From NCBI RefSeq assembly GCF_009914755.1, contig NC_060946.1: DNA of 64,000 bases. One strand, given 5' to 3'. This stretch comes from the human T2T-CHM13v2.0 reference genome, Homo sapiens. A program made the position numbers and the translations under genes. Positions 28,101 to 43,300 of this stretch are shown here, one piece after another; within the stretch, counting starts at the first letter, position 1, and the number at the start of each line of letters is the position of its first letter. The notes beneath the pieces were generated by a model. The model was not told the DNA's origin and searched no databases. It was given only the letters and a program-made list of their open reading frames with translations.

Positions 28101-31058
28101 GACGGGCACCGGGCTGTCGCCAGGTCCACCCGGCTCACATGGTCCCCCAGCCTGAAAGCTCCTCTGGACACCTGGTCCAAGCCTTGGGGGCGCTGGGATG
28201 CCCAGGCTCATTCGGGCTCCACTTTCTACAGAATCCTTTTCACAGTCTAAGTCTCTCTGAAAAGCCCCAAAGGGACTCTCTGGACCCTGTGGGCTCATTG
28301 AGTCTCCTAAGTGTGTCCCCACCAGGAGAGCTGTGTGCTGGGCCCCCCATGCCCGCAGCCCGTGCCCCCCCCCACACCCCGGCCCCCCATGCCCAGCAGC
28401 ACGTGCATTTCCACTGTGGTCTGTGCCTTCAGCTGTGACCCCACAGAAGACACGGCCCGGGGACAGGGTGATCCCAGGCTTTCCGCATGCAGAGCGGGTT
28501 ACTGACCCCCACAGATTTGCTTCAGGCCTCTGGGCTGGCAGATGGGTGCTGTGGGGTGGGAGTCAGGTGGTCGGAGTCCCAGGCCGGGGAACGTCCAGGT
28601 GCTGCAGGGAAATCAGGACGGCGCCCGAGGGAAGTGCGTGAGCCAGGGAGTCGTGGTGAAGGAGCCTGGGTGCCTTGAGTGATTCTTCCTCTCTTGCCTG
28701 CTTTAGCTAGGCGCCTGCTTAAACGAAGCCCTTGGAACTCAGTGAAAGCAGCGGCATCCTCAGAAGAAAGAGAAACCGCTCACCACTGTCAGCACCACGG
28801 CCCCGTTCCCTGCACCCCCAGCCTTCATGGGGAGGACACATCCTTTCACTGAATTGGGAGAAAAACAGCATCACCCCCACCCCGCCCCCAGGTTTCCTGA
28901 GCCTCAGCACCAGGGAGAGTGCTCAGAATGGGCCCTGGACTCTGGGGCCTGGAGCAGGTCTGAAGGCTCCCGCAGCTGCAGTCTCTGCCGTCTGCACTGG
29001 GGACGGCTCTTGGGTTGGGTCCTTCTTCCCTGCGCACTCCGAGGTCCTCCCTGCAGCCTTCCAGTCAGCAGGACCTGGCTGGGGGGACAGCATCAGGGGC
29101 ACTGGCTGAGGGAGGTGAATGAGCCTCTCCCTGGTATGCAGGAAGGGCCTGGTGGGAAGAACAATGACTCAGCCTGGAGATGGCAGCAGCTCAGCCCTCA
29201 TGGGACTGTCTGACTCAGTCCCCACCCTCTCTGTCCCCAGGAATGACCAGCCATTGGGTGGCCCTGCTGGAGGCCGCCCCCGCCTATGACCAGACAGCCT
29301 CTGCTCTGGAGGGCTCCTGTCCTGAGTGCCGACTGCCAGGCCGTCCTCGGGCTGGAAAGGGCAGAGCTGTGGGGAGGTGAGCAGAAGCCCAGGGAAGCAC
29401 CAGGTGCTGGGCAGGCCAGCCAGCTGCAGGCATCGCTTTCAGGGTGCAGAAGAGCCAGACCCAGCCCAAGGAGGGAGGCCCAGAGTGCCTCAGTGATGAC
29501 CACGTGGGCATAGCCAGGAGGAACACCCAGGGCGGCGGTAGGTCCCTGGAAGAGGGACACGGTGGGCATTGCCTGGGGTTGGGAAGCCTCCGTCTCTGCA
29601 GGTCACTCGCACCTGGGAGTATGGCCACGGTCAGCCCCAGAGTCCGGAAGGAAAGCAGGGCCCGGGAGGCCTCAGGACCAGAAACAAACAGAGAAGATGC
29701 CAGAGGCATCCACAAGGCAAAGTCAGCAAAACAGGGGATAAAGGAGCTGTTTCAGAGGAAGAAAAGTCCCGGTCCCTGCAGGAGGGGCCAACTCCCAGCC
29801 TCATGCTGCTGCCACAGGGGGCCTGTGGGGCTGGTTCCAGCTGGGGAAGCACAGGGAGACGTCCACCCAGGAAACTGCTCCAAAGCCAGGACAAGTGTGA
29901 CTGGAGTTGGGAAGAGCAGAGACGATGGCTCAGCAGTGAACAGCCAGGGGCAGCCCAGGAGGCGAAGCTGGCCCTGCTCACCCTGTCCACATCCTGATGC
30001 AAGAAGAACATGGCGTGGAGCTCCGTAATGAGGCAGCATCCACTGCACAAACAAGCCCAGAAAAAGGGAGACACACAGGTGACCCAGAGTGGAGTCAGGA
30101 AGCCCCGAGAAAGGACGCGGGCTGTGGCTGCTGCAGAACTTGGAGCTCCAAAATAACAAAGGAAATGACCTATGCACAGCCACGAGGAGAGAGAGACGGG
30201 GTCCCAGCATTGCTGGGAGAGGCCATGATGCTCAGTGGGCACCCACCATGAGATGCCCGGGTCCTGAGCCAGGAGGCGGAGCCACTCCCCACGCACTCTG
30301 TCCTGACTTTGGTGACAGGAGCAGCCACTGAATGCCATCATCTGCCAAGGTGACCTCCAAGCACTGGGCAGGCAGAGGCCGCTCCTGTTTTCCAGGAAGC
30401 TGGCAAGTGGGCTCTGGAGACGGCAGTTTTATCTGCAGGCAGAGGGAGCGACCAGGTGCCCGAAGCCCCTCCACCCCGGGACTGCAGCGTCCTGGGACCC
30501 TCAAGACAGGATCCCACGAGGAGGGTTACCAGCTCCCCGGCCGAGGCGTTCTCTTTCCCTACGGCCTGCCTTTTTCATAAGATCAATGCCGTGGAATCCT
30601 ACGGTGGGAGGTCTTTTGTCCATTTCCTCAATATAAAACTAACAGGCAAAAAGTTACTCTTAATATCCTCTTTGTGCCCTGTTAATATCTATTGACCTTT
30701 AATGAATATTCCTATTTTATTGCTAACAGTCATAACTTGTGTTTTCTTTCTGGTTTTTTAAAATATTATTCCTAGGAAATGAATTATTAGCTAATACTTC
30801 CAAAGAACGAACCTGTCAAAGGTAAATCTGCTTTCTATTTCATTGATTTTTGGTCTTATCTTTATTTTCCTTCTTCAGTTTTTGGGGGTTTTATATACTG
30901 TTCTTTTCATAGTTCCTTGAATTGAAAGTTTACATCATTGATTTTCAAATTTTGTTCTTTTTAACATAGGCATTTAAAGCTATAATCTCCCTCTAAGTTT
31001 TGCTTTGGCTGTTTCCCACAAGTTTAGATCTGTTCTATATATGTTACATATTATATGT

Positions 31059-31066
<8 letters not shown>

Positions 31067-31106
<40 letters not shown>
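31067..31106. repeat. (TA)n microsatellite
   Basis: Seen directly. Confidence 0.95.
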
Positions 31107-31115
<9 letters not shown>

Positions 31116-31682
31116 ACATCTAGTTCTTATTTTATTCAGTTTAAATATTTTCTAATTTTGCTATGATTTCTTCTTCAATTCATGGGAAATCTAAAATGTG
31201 TTTCACAATTTCTAAATATTTGGGGCTTTTTTCATAATCTTTTTGTAACTGACTTCCAGTTTAATTACATTATGATAAGAATATATAATGTGCATGATTC
31301 CAATAATTTGAAATGTATTAAGCCTTGTTTTTTGGCCTAGCATATGGTCTATTTTCATAAATCTTGCACTAAAACTTAAAAACTTGGAAAGCATGTGTGT
31401 TCTGTAGGTTTTAGATGTGGTTGCAGGTAGCGTTAGTGAGGGAAGTATGGAGGAATATCAACTCGACATAGACTTGGGAGCTTCTCTCCCAGTCTGCCGA
31501 GTTTCCCTTCATCTAACTGAAGCTGTGTCATTAGGTGCATGTACATTTAAGATTGTTATCTCCCCCTGTGGAATCGGCCCTTTGTCATTGTTAAAAATCC
31601 TTCTTTATTTCTGGCAGCACGTCTTGCTTTACATTCTGTTTGTTTGAAATTGAAATGGGTATAGCTTCGTATAGTCTCAAAC

Positions 31683-32036
<354 letters not shown>

Positions 32037-32437
32037 TCAAACTTTCTTTTGGTTTGTGTTTGCATGGTGTGTATTTTTCCATCCTTTACCTTACAATCAA
32101 TGTGTTCAATGTGTTTCCTTCTATTTAAAGCATTTATATTACAAATAGCACATAGCTGGGTGTATTTAAAATAACATTCAAACAAATGCTCCTTGGATTT
32201 TAATCAGAATGTCTGGCCCATTTCCATGTCATGGAACCGATGATATAACTGCATGAAGTCTGCCATCTTGCTAGGAGTGCTGCATTCAACCTGTCTACTC
32301 TTTGTTCCTTCCTCTTTTCTTGCCTTATTTCCAGTGATCAAGTATTTTTATTATTTTATATCCTTTATATTATCAGTTATGCATGTTAGTGTTATTTTCT
32401 TCCTGAACGCATGAAGGTTTAAATGTGTATCCTTAAT

Positions 32438-32496
32438 TTACAGTTTATCTTACTTATCCTTACAGTTTATCTTACTTATCCTTACAGTTTATCTTA
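32438..32496. repeat. 22-bp tandem repeat, about 2.7 copies
   Basis: ttacagtttatcttacttatcc repeated. Confidence 0.9.
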
Positions 32497-32679
32497 AATT
32501 AATTTTTTATCACTTATTAAAGAATGCAAGAATCTATCATTATTTAAGTATATTTACTTCTCATCTGTCCTTTGGCGGTTGCCACCATCTACTTTAGAAA
32601 TGCAAAGGATACGGTTATTATTGTTACTCTAAGCAACAAACAGTACATTTTCCTTTTCTGATTCTGTTCATTCTTTTCT

Positions 32680-33112
32680 GCAGTTCCATGTTTCCAACTG
32701 AACCCATGTTCCTCCACTAATACTTGGATTTTCTTCCACCACGGCCGTTCCTGAGACAGCAAGACCAGTTCCTCCTCCTTCTGCTCCTCCTCAGCCCACT
32801 TGACGTGAAGACGACGAGGATGGAGACCTTGATCGTGCCCCACTCCCACCTAATGAATAGTCTGTAGATTTTCTCTTCCTTAGGACTTTCTTCATAACAT
32901 TTTCCTTTCTCTATCTTACTTTATTATAAAAATACAGTATATAACACAGATGCAAATTATGTGTTAATTGAGTTTTTATGTTATCTGTAAGGCTTCCAGT
33001 CAACAGTTGGCCCTCAGGAGCTAAGTTTTGGGGGAGTCCAAAGTTGTATGAGTATTTTTCACTGTGTAGGGGATCAGTGCCCATAAACCTCAGGTTATTT
33101 AAGGGTCTACTG
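32680..33112 (+). mobile_element. Tigger2a-like DNA transposon relic
   Basis: ctgagacagcaagacca...cgtgaagacgacgaggatg...aagttttgggggagtc...aagggtctactg followed by TA. Confidence 0.85.
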
Positions 33113-33848
33113 TATAAAGTAAATATTGGACTCATAATAACAATAGCAGCTATAACATCTTTGTAGCACTTAGCCTTGGTACAGGTGCCTTCAATATGCT
33201 AACTAATTTAACTTTTAACCAAGCCAGTTCTTTATGTAAAAAAAACGATTCATCATAATTTAATATCTTATACATGTTCCATTCAATTTTCTAAATTTGG
33301 CTAATATAAAATAAGGTTTAATATTACCATGATTTGATCAACATTTCAAAATTACATATATTTCTCTTACAAATTCATTGTTATTGACATCAAATTTATA
33401 ACCACGTTATTGGCATTGTTTAACCACACAGTAAAATAAGTGTAATCAGTGAAAAAAATAGAATAAAATCTATATAGTGGAGACCTTGAAATATATGTGC
33501 GAGAGTGCAAGAGTTTATTCACTGTTGGGATGAAATGCTATTTAACAGTTTTTCTTTCCCAAGGGATGGAATTATGTGGGATTCTTGTCTCCATCTGAGA
33601 TCTATCCCAGGGCATCATCTCCGGAGAAGTTTCCGTCTTCTGCGGTGAGTGCGTGGGAGTGTTTCTGTGAAAGGTGCACACGATGAGCTATTTTAGATCC
33701 AGATGTGCAAAGTCAGGTCGAAGCGAAGAACTCTCCCCTTATTCCCTCTACTCTCCACAAAGAAAACAGAGAATGGCCAACAGCTCCAACCGTGTAGAGA
33801 GCTCAAAAGACAGTCCTTAAATGCAGCCTCTGGGCCTTGCAACAGGAG

Positions 33849-34010
33849 GTTGACTTCGCCACGGGAGCTTCCAGTGGATGGGACGGGGGTAGATGTTAGT
33901 CGGCTCTGGGACTTGAGGAAAGTTGACCTGGCAACAGGAGTTTCCAGCGGACGGGGATGAGGGTAGATGTCAGTAGCCGGCTGGATTCGGGGCTCTGGGG
34001 ATTGAGGAAA
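33849..34010. repeat. Diverged two-copy tandem duplication, about 73 bp unit
   Basis: gttgac...ttccag.gga.ggg...gggtagatgt.agt...ggctctggga/g.ttgaggaaa at 33849 and 33922. Confidence 0.75.
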
Positions 34011-36869
34011 CTGAGTCCCACTCTTTCAAGACACATGAGGGGGCGGGAGGAGGACACATGGAGGGTTCCGTTGGAACCAAAGCTTTCTTTCATCTATTTA
34101 TTTATTTTTTACTTATTTATTTCATCTTTACTTTTTACTAAGATAGGAAAAACTTAAGGACGTTTGAATTTGCCAGGGAAAGAAAAAGTGCAGCGGCAAA
34201 TCCGGGAGAGAGGAATCTCTGTCTAAGGGAATTTATGAAAGGAACGGGGCCAAGATGATGGGATGCGTTTCTGGGGACAATGTCCTGAGGTAGGAATGGA
34301 AAGAGAGTAAGGACTGTGGGCGCGAAAGATGCCCTCAGGACAGCAAATGACGGGGGAAGGGGATGACAGTCAGGGAGAAGCTTCTGTGCCCCATCCCAGA
34401 GACATGGGGAGGAGGAAGACCAGGGCTGGGACCTGGTGGAATGGAGACCATGGCTATCAATTAGTCATGTCATCAGACTGGACAATTCTACAGTTTTCTC
34501 TAACAGTTTCAGCAGATAAAGCAATGATATCCAAAAATAAGGTTCGGCAGGGTGGGGTACACCCCACCCCCTCAGCTCAGGAGAAAGAAAATCGGAGCAA
34601 GCACTGGGGTTCTGGACTCTGCTGGGAGGCAGGAGAGCTCGTGGAGTGGACAGAGGCCATCAGGAGGCGGTTTGTTTGCAGTATGTGCAAGTAATATTCT
34701 GGGAATGATGGAGAGATTGCTAAAGCCAGGAGGCAGTGGTCAGAGAGTTGGTTATTTAAATTTTAGATAGTTATTATATTATTTAAACTTCAGATAGTTA
34801 AAATCTTCTGTGGGGGGATTGGATGTTCTTGGTAGTTCCAGCTGACACATGGAATCCGGGGAGAGACGGTATCTGACCATGAGGATGATGACCTGAGACG
34901 GGACTGGCGGGAGTTGCCTGTGTCAGGTGTAGGGTGTGGGTAGGGGTGGTGTCAGATCGGTGAATTCCAGAGACAGTCCAGGCTGGAGACGCCACCTCTA
35001 ACATATCAGCACCAAGGCAGATGTCAAAGCCAGCTTGTGGGCAGCCCTGGATTAAGAGGTCATGACAATTCCCAACACCCCTCATGCGCTCCCTCCCTCC
35101 AGAAGTGGAAACCCCCGTGCCTTCCTTCCCGATGCTTTGGAATTAAACTGCAGGGCTTGAGTGAAAAACAATTCCTCCGAGTCGAACTTCCTCCCGCTTG
35201 CACCTACCCCCAGGTGCTTTTCCCAGAGCAGGGCGAATAAAGAAACGAGATCAGAATGGACCCTTGAAGACCAGTGGCGCGCAGGAGATGGACAGAGTAA
35301 ATTCAGTAAAACAAATGTTCTGAAGGACAATGGGAAGCGTGATTGGAGAGATAAAAGAAGAAGTGCTATAAAGTCATTTTACAGAATTAATGAGGAGAGA
35401 GTTAAGCCAGAGGGAGCGATCAACAGTGTCAAATAGGAAAAGAACTCACTGTGCCCCTTGGATTTGACAATATGGAACCAGGTAGTTAATTTTTCCAGTG
35501 CAGACTTGGTGAAATAACATGACCCGGTTACAGGAGGTTAAAGACAGAATTGATGGTGATGGAGCAGACGTTTGGATAGGAAGAAGAGGACAAAGGCAGT
35601 TTCTTATCATCTTTAGTGTGGGTGCCCGTTTGAGCGAGCCTAAGAGTCATTTAATATCAGCTAAATTTCAGGAAAAACTAGATTTTGAGAAATATCACCC
35701 TCCTTATGTCTTTTTTCTCATCAGCAAAGTGTTGAATGGGTTCATTCTGCTTCCAAAAGAAAGTGAAAATCTGTGTGCAGCAGTGCAGTGGCTAAAAACA
35801 AAAAAACAAAAGTGGGGACTCCCACTTGCTTCCTGGAGGGTGTGTCCCCTCCCTCTGCTGCCTGCATTAACAGGAGGGTATTCAGGGCCATGGGGTGTGA
35901 AGTTGGGGAATAACGCACCTGCCCCCTTTCTCACACATTTGGTTTGCCAGTCTGTGCCACCTTGGGGAATGGGATCTCAGTGGGAGATTTTTTAGCCCAA
36001 CTTGTCTTATGAGTTACTGCGCTGGGTCATTAGTCTTTACCGACCACTAACATGTAAGTCTTGCAGTTTGCTTCTCCTCTGTTTACCCATCTCAGAATGA
36101 AAGGCCATGAAATATTTAAAAGCATCGATTCTGCATTCCCCCGACATTATTAACAGGGAACAAAAAGTTATTTCATACCCTCATTTTGTCAGTTGCCTAA
36201 AGAACTCGAGGGACATGGAGAATTTCATAGCAGGCACCCGCAATATAACAGATTGCAAATCCTTTCAACACTTTCAGCTAAAAAGTCTGCTGAATAATTG
36301 AGCACACAGAATTGCAACCCACTTAGAAGTCTTCTCCCTAGCCAAAGGCGCAGAGGCCACCCTTGTCAACGTGGTCCCACCAAAGGTTCCACACTGCATG
36401 TGGTCAGTTCCCTGATGGAGCACTTGAGTGGTACTTCTGTGACCCAAATTGCAAAGGGTGGCTGGAAACAAAGGAGTCAGTCAGGTGGGAGAAAACAGAA
36501 GATTCTCCCAGGAAGGGGATGGTCATTACTTAGATTTCACCAAAGACCAGAACCTGTGGGGCTTAGAGGCTGAAGGGTGAATTAAAACAGCAGGATGCAG
36601 GCTTAGATCACAAATCCGAAAGGAGAGAGGCCACATCGAGGCCCCACTGTCCTGGATTAATCTCTACTTGGATGGAGTGTGTGACAAAGGCCTCAATGTG
36701 GCATATCCAAGCTCAAGGTGACTGCCTTTCTCCCCAAATGCCGTGCTTCTCCTGGCTCCCCAGCCTCGTAAAAGGGACTAAAAACTGCAGTTCTCAGGTT
36801 AGACATGAAATCAATGCATCGCCTTGTAAGGGATCCGATGAGCTCCACTCCTGCATCTGCACACCTCCC

Positions 36870-37144
36870 CTCAGTATGCAAATATCCCTGCAAGCAACAC
36901 ACACAGGATGCACCTGACCTTCTCCACTCAGTATGCAAAGATCCCTGCAAGCGACATGCACAGGATGCACCTGACCTTCTCCATTCGGTATGCAAAGATC
37001 CCTGCAAGCGACATGCACAGGATGCACCTGACCTTCTCCATTCGGTATGCAAAGATCCCTGCAAGCAACACACACAGGATGCACCTGACCTTCTCCACTC
37101 AGTATGCAAAGATTCTTGCAAGCAACACGCACAGGATGCACCTG
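36870..37144. repeat. Minisatellite, 57-bp unit, about 5 copies
   Basis: ctcagtatgcaaagatccctgcaagcaacacacacaggatgcacctgaccttctcca; 19-aa periodic ORFs. Confidence 0.97.
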
Positions 37145-38863
37145 GCCTTTGCCTCCTCAGAGAGCCTTGGCGTGTCTTCCCCATCCCTGGAAAGCTCCCT
37201 GCACCTGGTGAAATCTGAGTCACCTTTGACACCCCCACCTTCAACCTCACTTTATCCAACCTGGAGTCAGAGCAAGATCTGCAGCCACTTCAGGAAGCCC
37301 AATCATCTGGACACTTGGGGAGTGGATGGTGATGATCTGCAAGGTGTTGACTCGCCAGGCAGGCTGAGGGCAGTCCTCAGTCAACACCAAATGCAGCAGG
37401 CTCCAAGGTCTGAGCTTGGTTATGGTTCTGCTCTGTAATTAAAAGATCATGTGTCCTACTTAGCACACAAAATTCTATAAAAATTGCATGAAACAGAGCC
37501 ACTCAGTCTAGAAAGCAGCTGATAGTGGCCGGCCTCAGCACACCACCATCCCCCACAGGGGTGGCCTTCAACACAGCTGCTCGTCAACTCATCCTTTCCC
37601 AAGGCTTCCAGGGCTTTCCGTGATGGAGTTCGGGTGTCCGCTCTCCCCATCCAGGTGTGTGTTCTACGAATCCACACTCCTCTCAATATCACTCCCCAGA
37701 CACTTTCAGTCAGCCTTTCCTTTTCCTCCAACTCCGCTCCAACCAATCTTCAAGTGTGGTGATTTCGAGTAGAAAACATTTCTCCAGTCTATGAGGCCTC
37801 CATCTCTGGGCGATCACTCTGGTCCGAGTGGCCACCCATCTTTCTCCTGGTTCTGAAAGCACACTGTCTCTAAACCATGAATCTCACTGGGTCACACTCT
37901 TGGTTACCAGACCTCAGCTGCTTTCCACTGCCATTGGGTCGAAAATTATGACCCCACCTGCGATGTCCCACCTGCCTGGCTCTGCTTCCTCTGCATCCCT
38001 TCTAGTATGCACTCCTGTCCTGGAGGGCTGGCTGTCCTCCTGTCCTCATTCCCTAACCCTGCCCCACTGTTCCCCAGCTCAGGGCTCAGGGCTCGGGTGC
38101 TGTGCGTGCCTCCTAGGAAGCCCCGCCTTCCCGCCCTCCTTCTCCTGTTAACTCTTACTCCCTCCGGCTCCAGTTTACTCAGGATTCCTCTGACCACTCC
38201 ATTCCAGGAAGCAGTGGGGCTCTGGACTGGCACTCTCCTTGTACCTCACATGTAATTAAATACATCCCTGAAAGCCCCTGCTGTACTGGTCGCCTTCCGT
38301 GCACAGTCTGGGGGAACAGGGCCACGCCCACCTTGCTCATGGCCTTGACTCAGAGCCTGGCCCAGCACCGGGTACCTCTGTCAGAAAGAGCTTCTCCTGA
38401 CCTGGCTCCTGCGGCTTCCGTCTCAGCAGGAGAAACGTCCCCCACTCCTCTCCTCATGCAGTGTCCCCCAGCTTCCCGGTGTCTGTTCATGGCCACCTGC
38501 TTCTATGGTCTCTGTACATTTTACACAAACCAAAATGGTTCCATGTAAACAAACTAAGTAAAATAACTTTAGTTTGCATGAAATGCTGCAGAGACAAAAA
38601 GCAGGTGGCCATGAGGATAAGCGGGGAGGTTCCTGAGTTAGGAGGGAAGTGGGGAAGGCGGTTCTGAGAAAACCAGGCTCACATTTGGGGGAATAAAGGA
38701 GCAAGTGCTGTCAGCTCTGCAAATCCTTCCTCCACCCTCGCTTCTCTCCCAGTGCCAAGGCCGGGAGCTGTGTCAGAGCCCCCGGGATGTGTCCTCAGCT
38801 GAGCCTCATGGCCTCTCCTCTGCCCCTCACAGCCTCAGATGGAAGCTCAGTCAGACCCCTCTG

Positions 38864-39090
38864 GTGCGGGTCCAGCCTCACGCCTGCTGTGTGGGTCCAG
38901 CCTGACCCTGCCTTGTGGGTCCAGCCTGACTCCTGCCCTGTGGGTCCAGCCTGATCCCTGCCCTGTGGGTCCAGCCTGATCCCTGCCCTGTGGGTCCAGC
39001 CTGACCCTGCCCTGTGGGTCCAGCCTCATGCCTGCCGTGTGGGTCCAGCCTGACCCTGCCGTGTGGGTCCAGCCTGACCCCTGCGGTGTG
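38864..39090. repeat. Minisatellite, 24-25-bp unit, 9 copies
   Basis: gtgggtccagcctgaccctgccct; nine gggtccagcct cores counted. Confidence 0.97.
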
Positions 39091-39159
39091 GAGCTCGAGT
39101 TCCCTTGGACTGCCTTTCCTTTCTCTCGATGACGCTTTCTGCTCAGAGGTCACGCACAC

Positions 39160-40300
<1,141 letters not shown>

Positions 40301-40306
40301 AATTCA

Positions 40307-43300
40307 TCACGTCTAAGAGATTTTCTATGTGCACAGTCATACTGACTCACATCTAAGAGACTTTCTGTGTGCACAGTCATACTGACTCACGTCTAAGAGA
40401 TTTTCTATGTCCAGTCATACTGACTCATATCTAAGAGATTTTCTGTGTGCACAGTCATACTGACTCACGTCTAAGAGATTTTTTCTATGTACACAGTCAT
40501 ACTGACTCATGTCTAAGAGATTTTCTATGTCCAGTCATACTGACTCATATCTAAGAGATTTTCTATGTGCACAGTCATACTGACTCACGTCTAAGAGATT
40601 TTCTATGTCCAGTCATACTGACTCATATCTGAGATTTTCTGTGTGCACAGTCATACTGACTCACGTCTAAGAGATTTTCTGTGTGCACAGTCATACTGAC
40701 TCACGTCTAAGAGATTTTCTGTGTGCACAGTCATACTGACTCACATCTAAGAGATTTTTTCTATGTGCAGAGTCATACTAACTCACGTCTAAGAGATTTT
40801 CTATGTGCACAGTCATACTGACTCATGTCTAAGAGATTTTCTGTGTGCACAGTCATACTGACTCACGTCTAAGAGATTTTCTGTGTGCACAGTCATACTG
40901 ACTCACGTCTAAGAGATTTTCTGTGTGCACAGTCATACTGACTCACATCTAAGAGATTTTTTCTATGTGCACAGTCATACTGACTTACGTCTAAGAGATT
41001 TTTTCTGTGTGCACAGTCATACTGACTCACGTCTAAGAGATTTTTTCTATGTACACAGTCATACTGACTCATGTCTAAGAGATTTTCTGTGTGCACAGTC
41101 ATACTGATTCACATCTAAGAGATTTTCTGTGTGCACAGTCATACTGATTCACGTCTAAGAGATTTTCTGTGTGCACAGTCATACTGATTCACGTCTAAGA
41201 GATTTTCTGTGTGCACAGTCATACTGATTCATGTCTAAGAGATTTTCTGTGTGCAGAGTCATATTGACTCACGTCTAAGAGATTTTCTGTGTGCACTGTC
41301 ATACTGACTCATGTCTAAGATATTTTTTCTATGTGCACAGTCATACTGACTCACATCTAAGATATTTTTTCTCTGTGTACAGTCATACTGACTCACGTCT
41401 AAGAGATTTTTTCTATGTGCACAGTCATACTGACTCACATCTAAGAGATTTTCTATGTGCAGTCATACTGACTCACGTCTAAGAGATTTTCTGTGTGCAC
41501 AGTCATACTGACTCACGTCTAAGAGATTTTTTCTATGTGCACAGTCATACTGACTTACGTCTAAGAGATTTTTTCTGTGTGCACAGTCATACTGACTCAC
41601 GTCTAAGAGATTTTTTCTATGTACACAGTCATACTGACTCATGTCTAAGAGATTTTCTGTGTGCACAGTCATACTGATTCACATCTAAGAGATTTTCTGT
41701 GTGCACAGTCATACTGATTCACGTCTAAGAGATTTTCTGTGTGCACAGTCATACTGATTCACGTCTAAGAGATTTTCTGTGTGCACAGTCATACTGATTC
41801 ATGTCTAAGAGATTTTCTGTGTGCAGAGTCATATTGACTCACGTCTAAGAGATTTTCTGTGTGCACTGTCATACTGACTCATGTCTAAGATATTTTTTCT
41901 ATGTGCACAGTCATACTGACTCACATCTAAGATATTTTTTCTCTGTGTACAGTCATACTGACTCACGTCTAAGAGATTTTTTCTATGTGCACAGTCATAC
42001 TGACTCACATCTAAGAGATTTTCTATGTGCAGTCATACTGACTCACGTCTAAGAGATTTTCTGTGTGCACAGTCATACTGACTCACGTCTAAGAGATTTT
42101 TTCTATGTGCAGAGTCATACTGACTCACATCTAAGAGATTTTCTATGTGCAGTCATACTGACTCACGTCTAAGAGATTTTTTCTATGTGCAGAGTCATAC
42201 TGACTCACGTCTAAGAGATTTTCTATGTGCACAGTCATACTGACTCACGTCTAAGAGATTTTCTGTGTGCACAGTCATACTGACTCATGTCTAAGAGATT
42301 TTCTGTGTGCACAGTCATACTGACTCACGTCTAAGAGATTTTCTGTGTGCACAGTCATACTGACTCACATCTAAGAGATTTTTTCTATGTGCACAGTCAT
42401 ACTGACTTACGTCTAAGAGATTTTTTTCTGTGTGCACAGTCATACTGACTCACGTCTAAGAGATTTTTTCTATGTGCAGAGTCATACTGACTCACGTCTA
42501 AGAGATTTTCTATGTCCAGTCATACTGACTCATATCTAAGAGATTTTCTGTGTGCACAGTCATACTGACTCACGTCTAAGAGATTTTTTTCTATGTGCAC
42601 AGTCATACTGACTCACGTCTAAGAGATTTTCTGTGTCCAGTCATACTGACTCACGTCTAAGAGATTTTCTGTGTGCACAGTCATACTGACTCACGTCTAA
42701 GAGATTTTCTGTGTGCACAGTCATACTGACTCACATCTAAGAGATTTTCTGTGTGCACAGTCATACTGACTCACGTCTAAGAGATTTTCTGTGTGCACAG
42801 TCATACTGACTCACGTCTAAGAGATTTTCTGTGTGCACAGTCATACTGACTCATATCTAAGAGATTTTCTGTGTGCACAGTCATACTGACTCACGTCTAA
42901 GAGATTTTTTTCTATGTGCACAGTCATACTGACTCACGTCTAAGAGATTTTCTGTGTCCAGTCATACTGACTCACGTCTAAGAGATTTTCTGTGTGCACA
43001 GTCATACTGACTCACGTCTAAGAGATTTTCTGTGTGCACAGTCATACTGACTCACATCTAAGAGATTTTCTGTGTGCACAGTCATACTGACTCACGTCTA
43101 AGAGATTTTCTGTGTGCACAGTCATACTGACTCACGTCTAAGAGATTTTCTGTGTGCACAGTCATACTGACTCATATCTAAGAGATTTTCTGTGTGCACA
43201 GTCATACTGACTCACGTCTAAGAGATTTTTTTCTATGTGCACAGTCATACTGACTCACGTCTAAGAGATTTTCTGTGTGCACAGTCATACTGACTCATAT

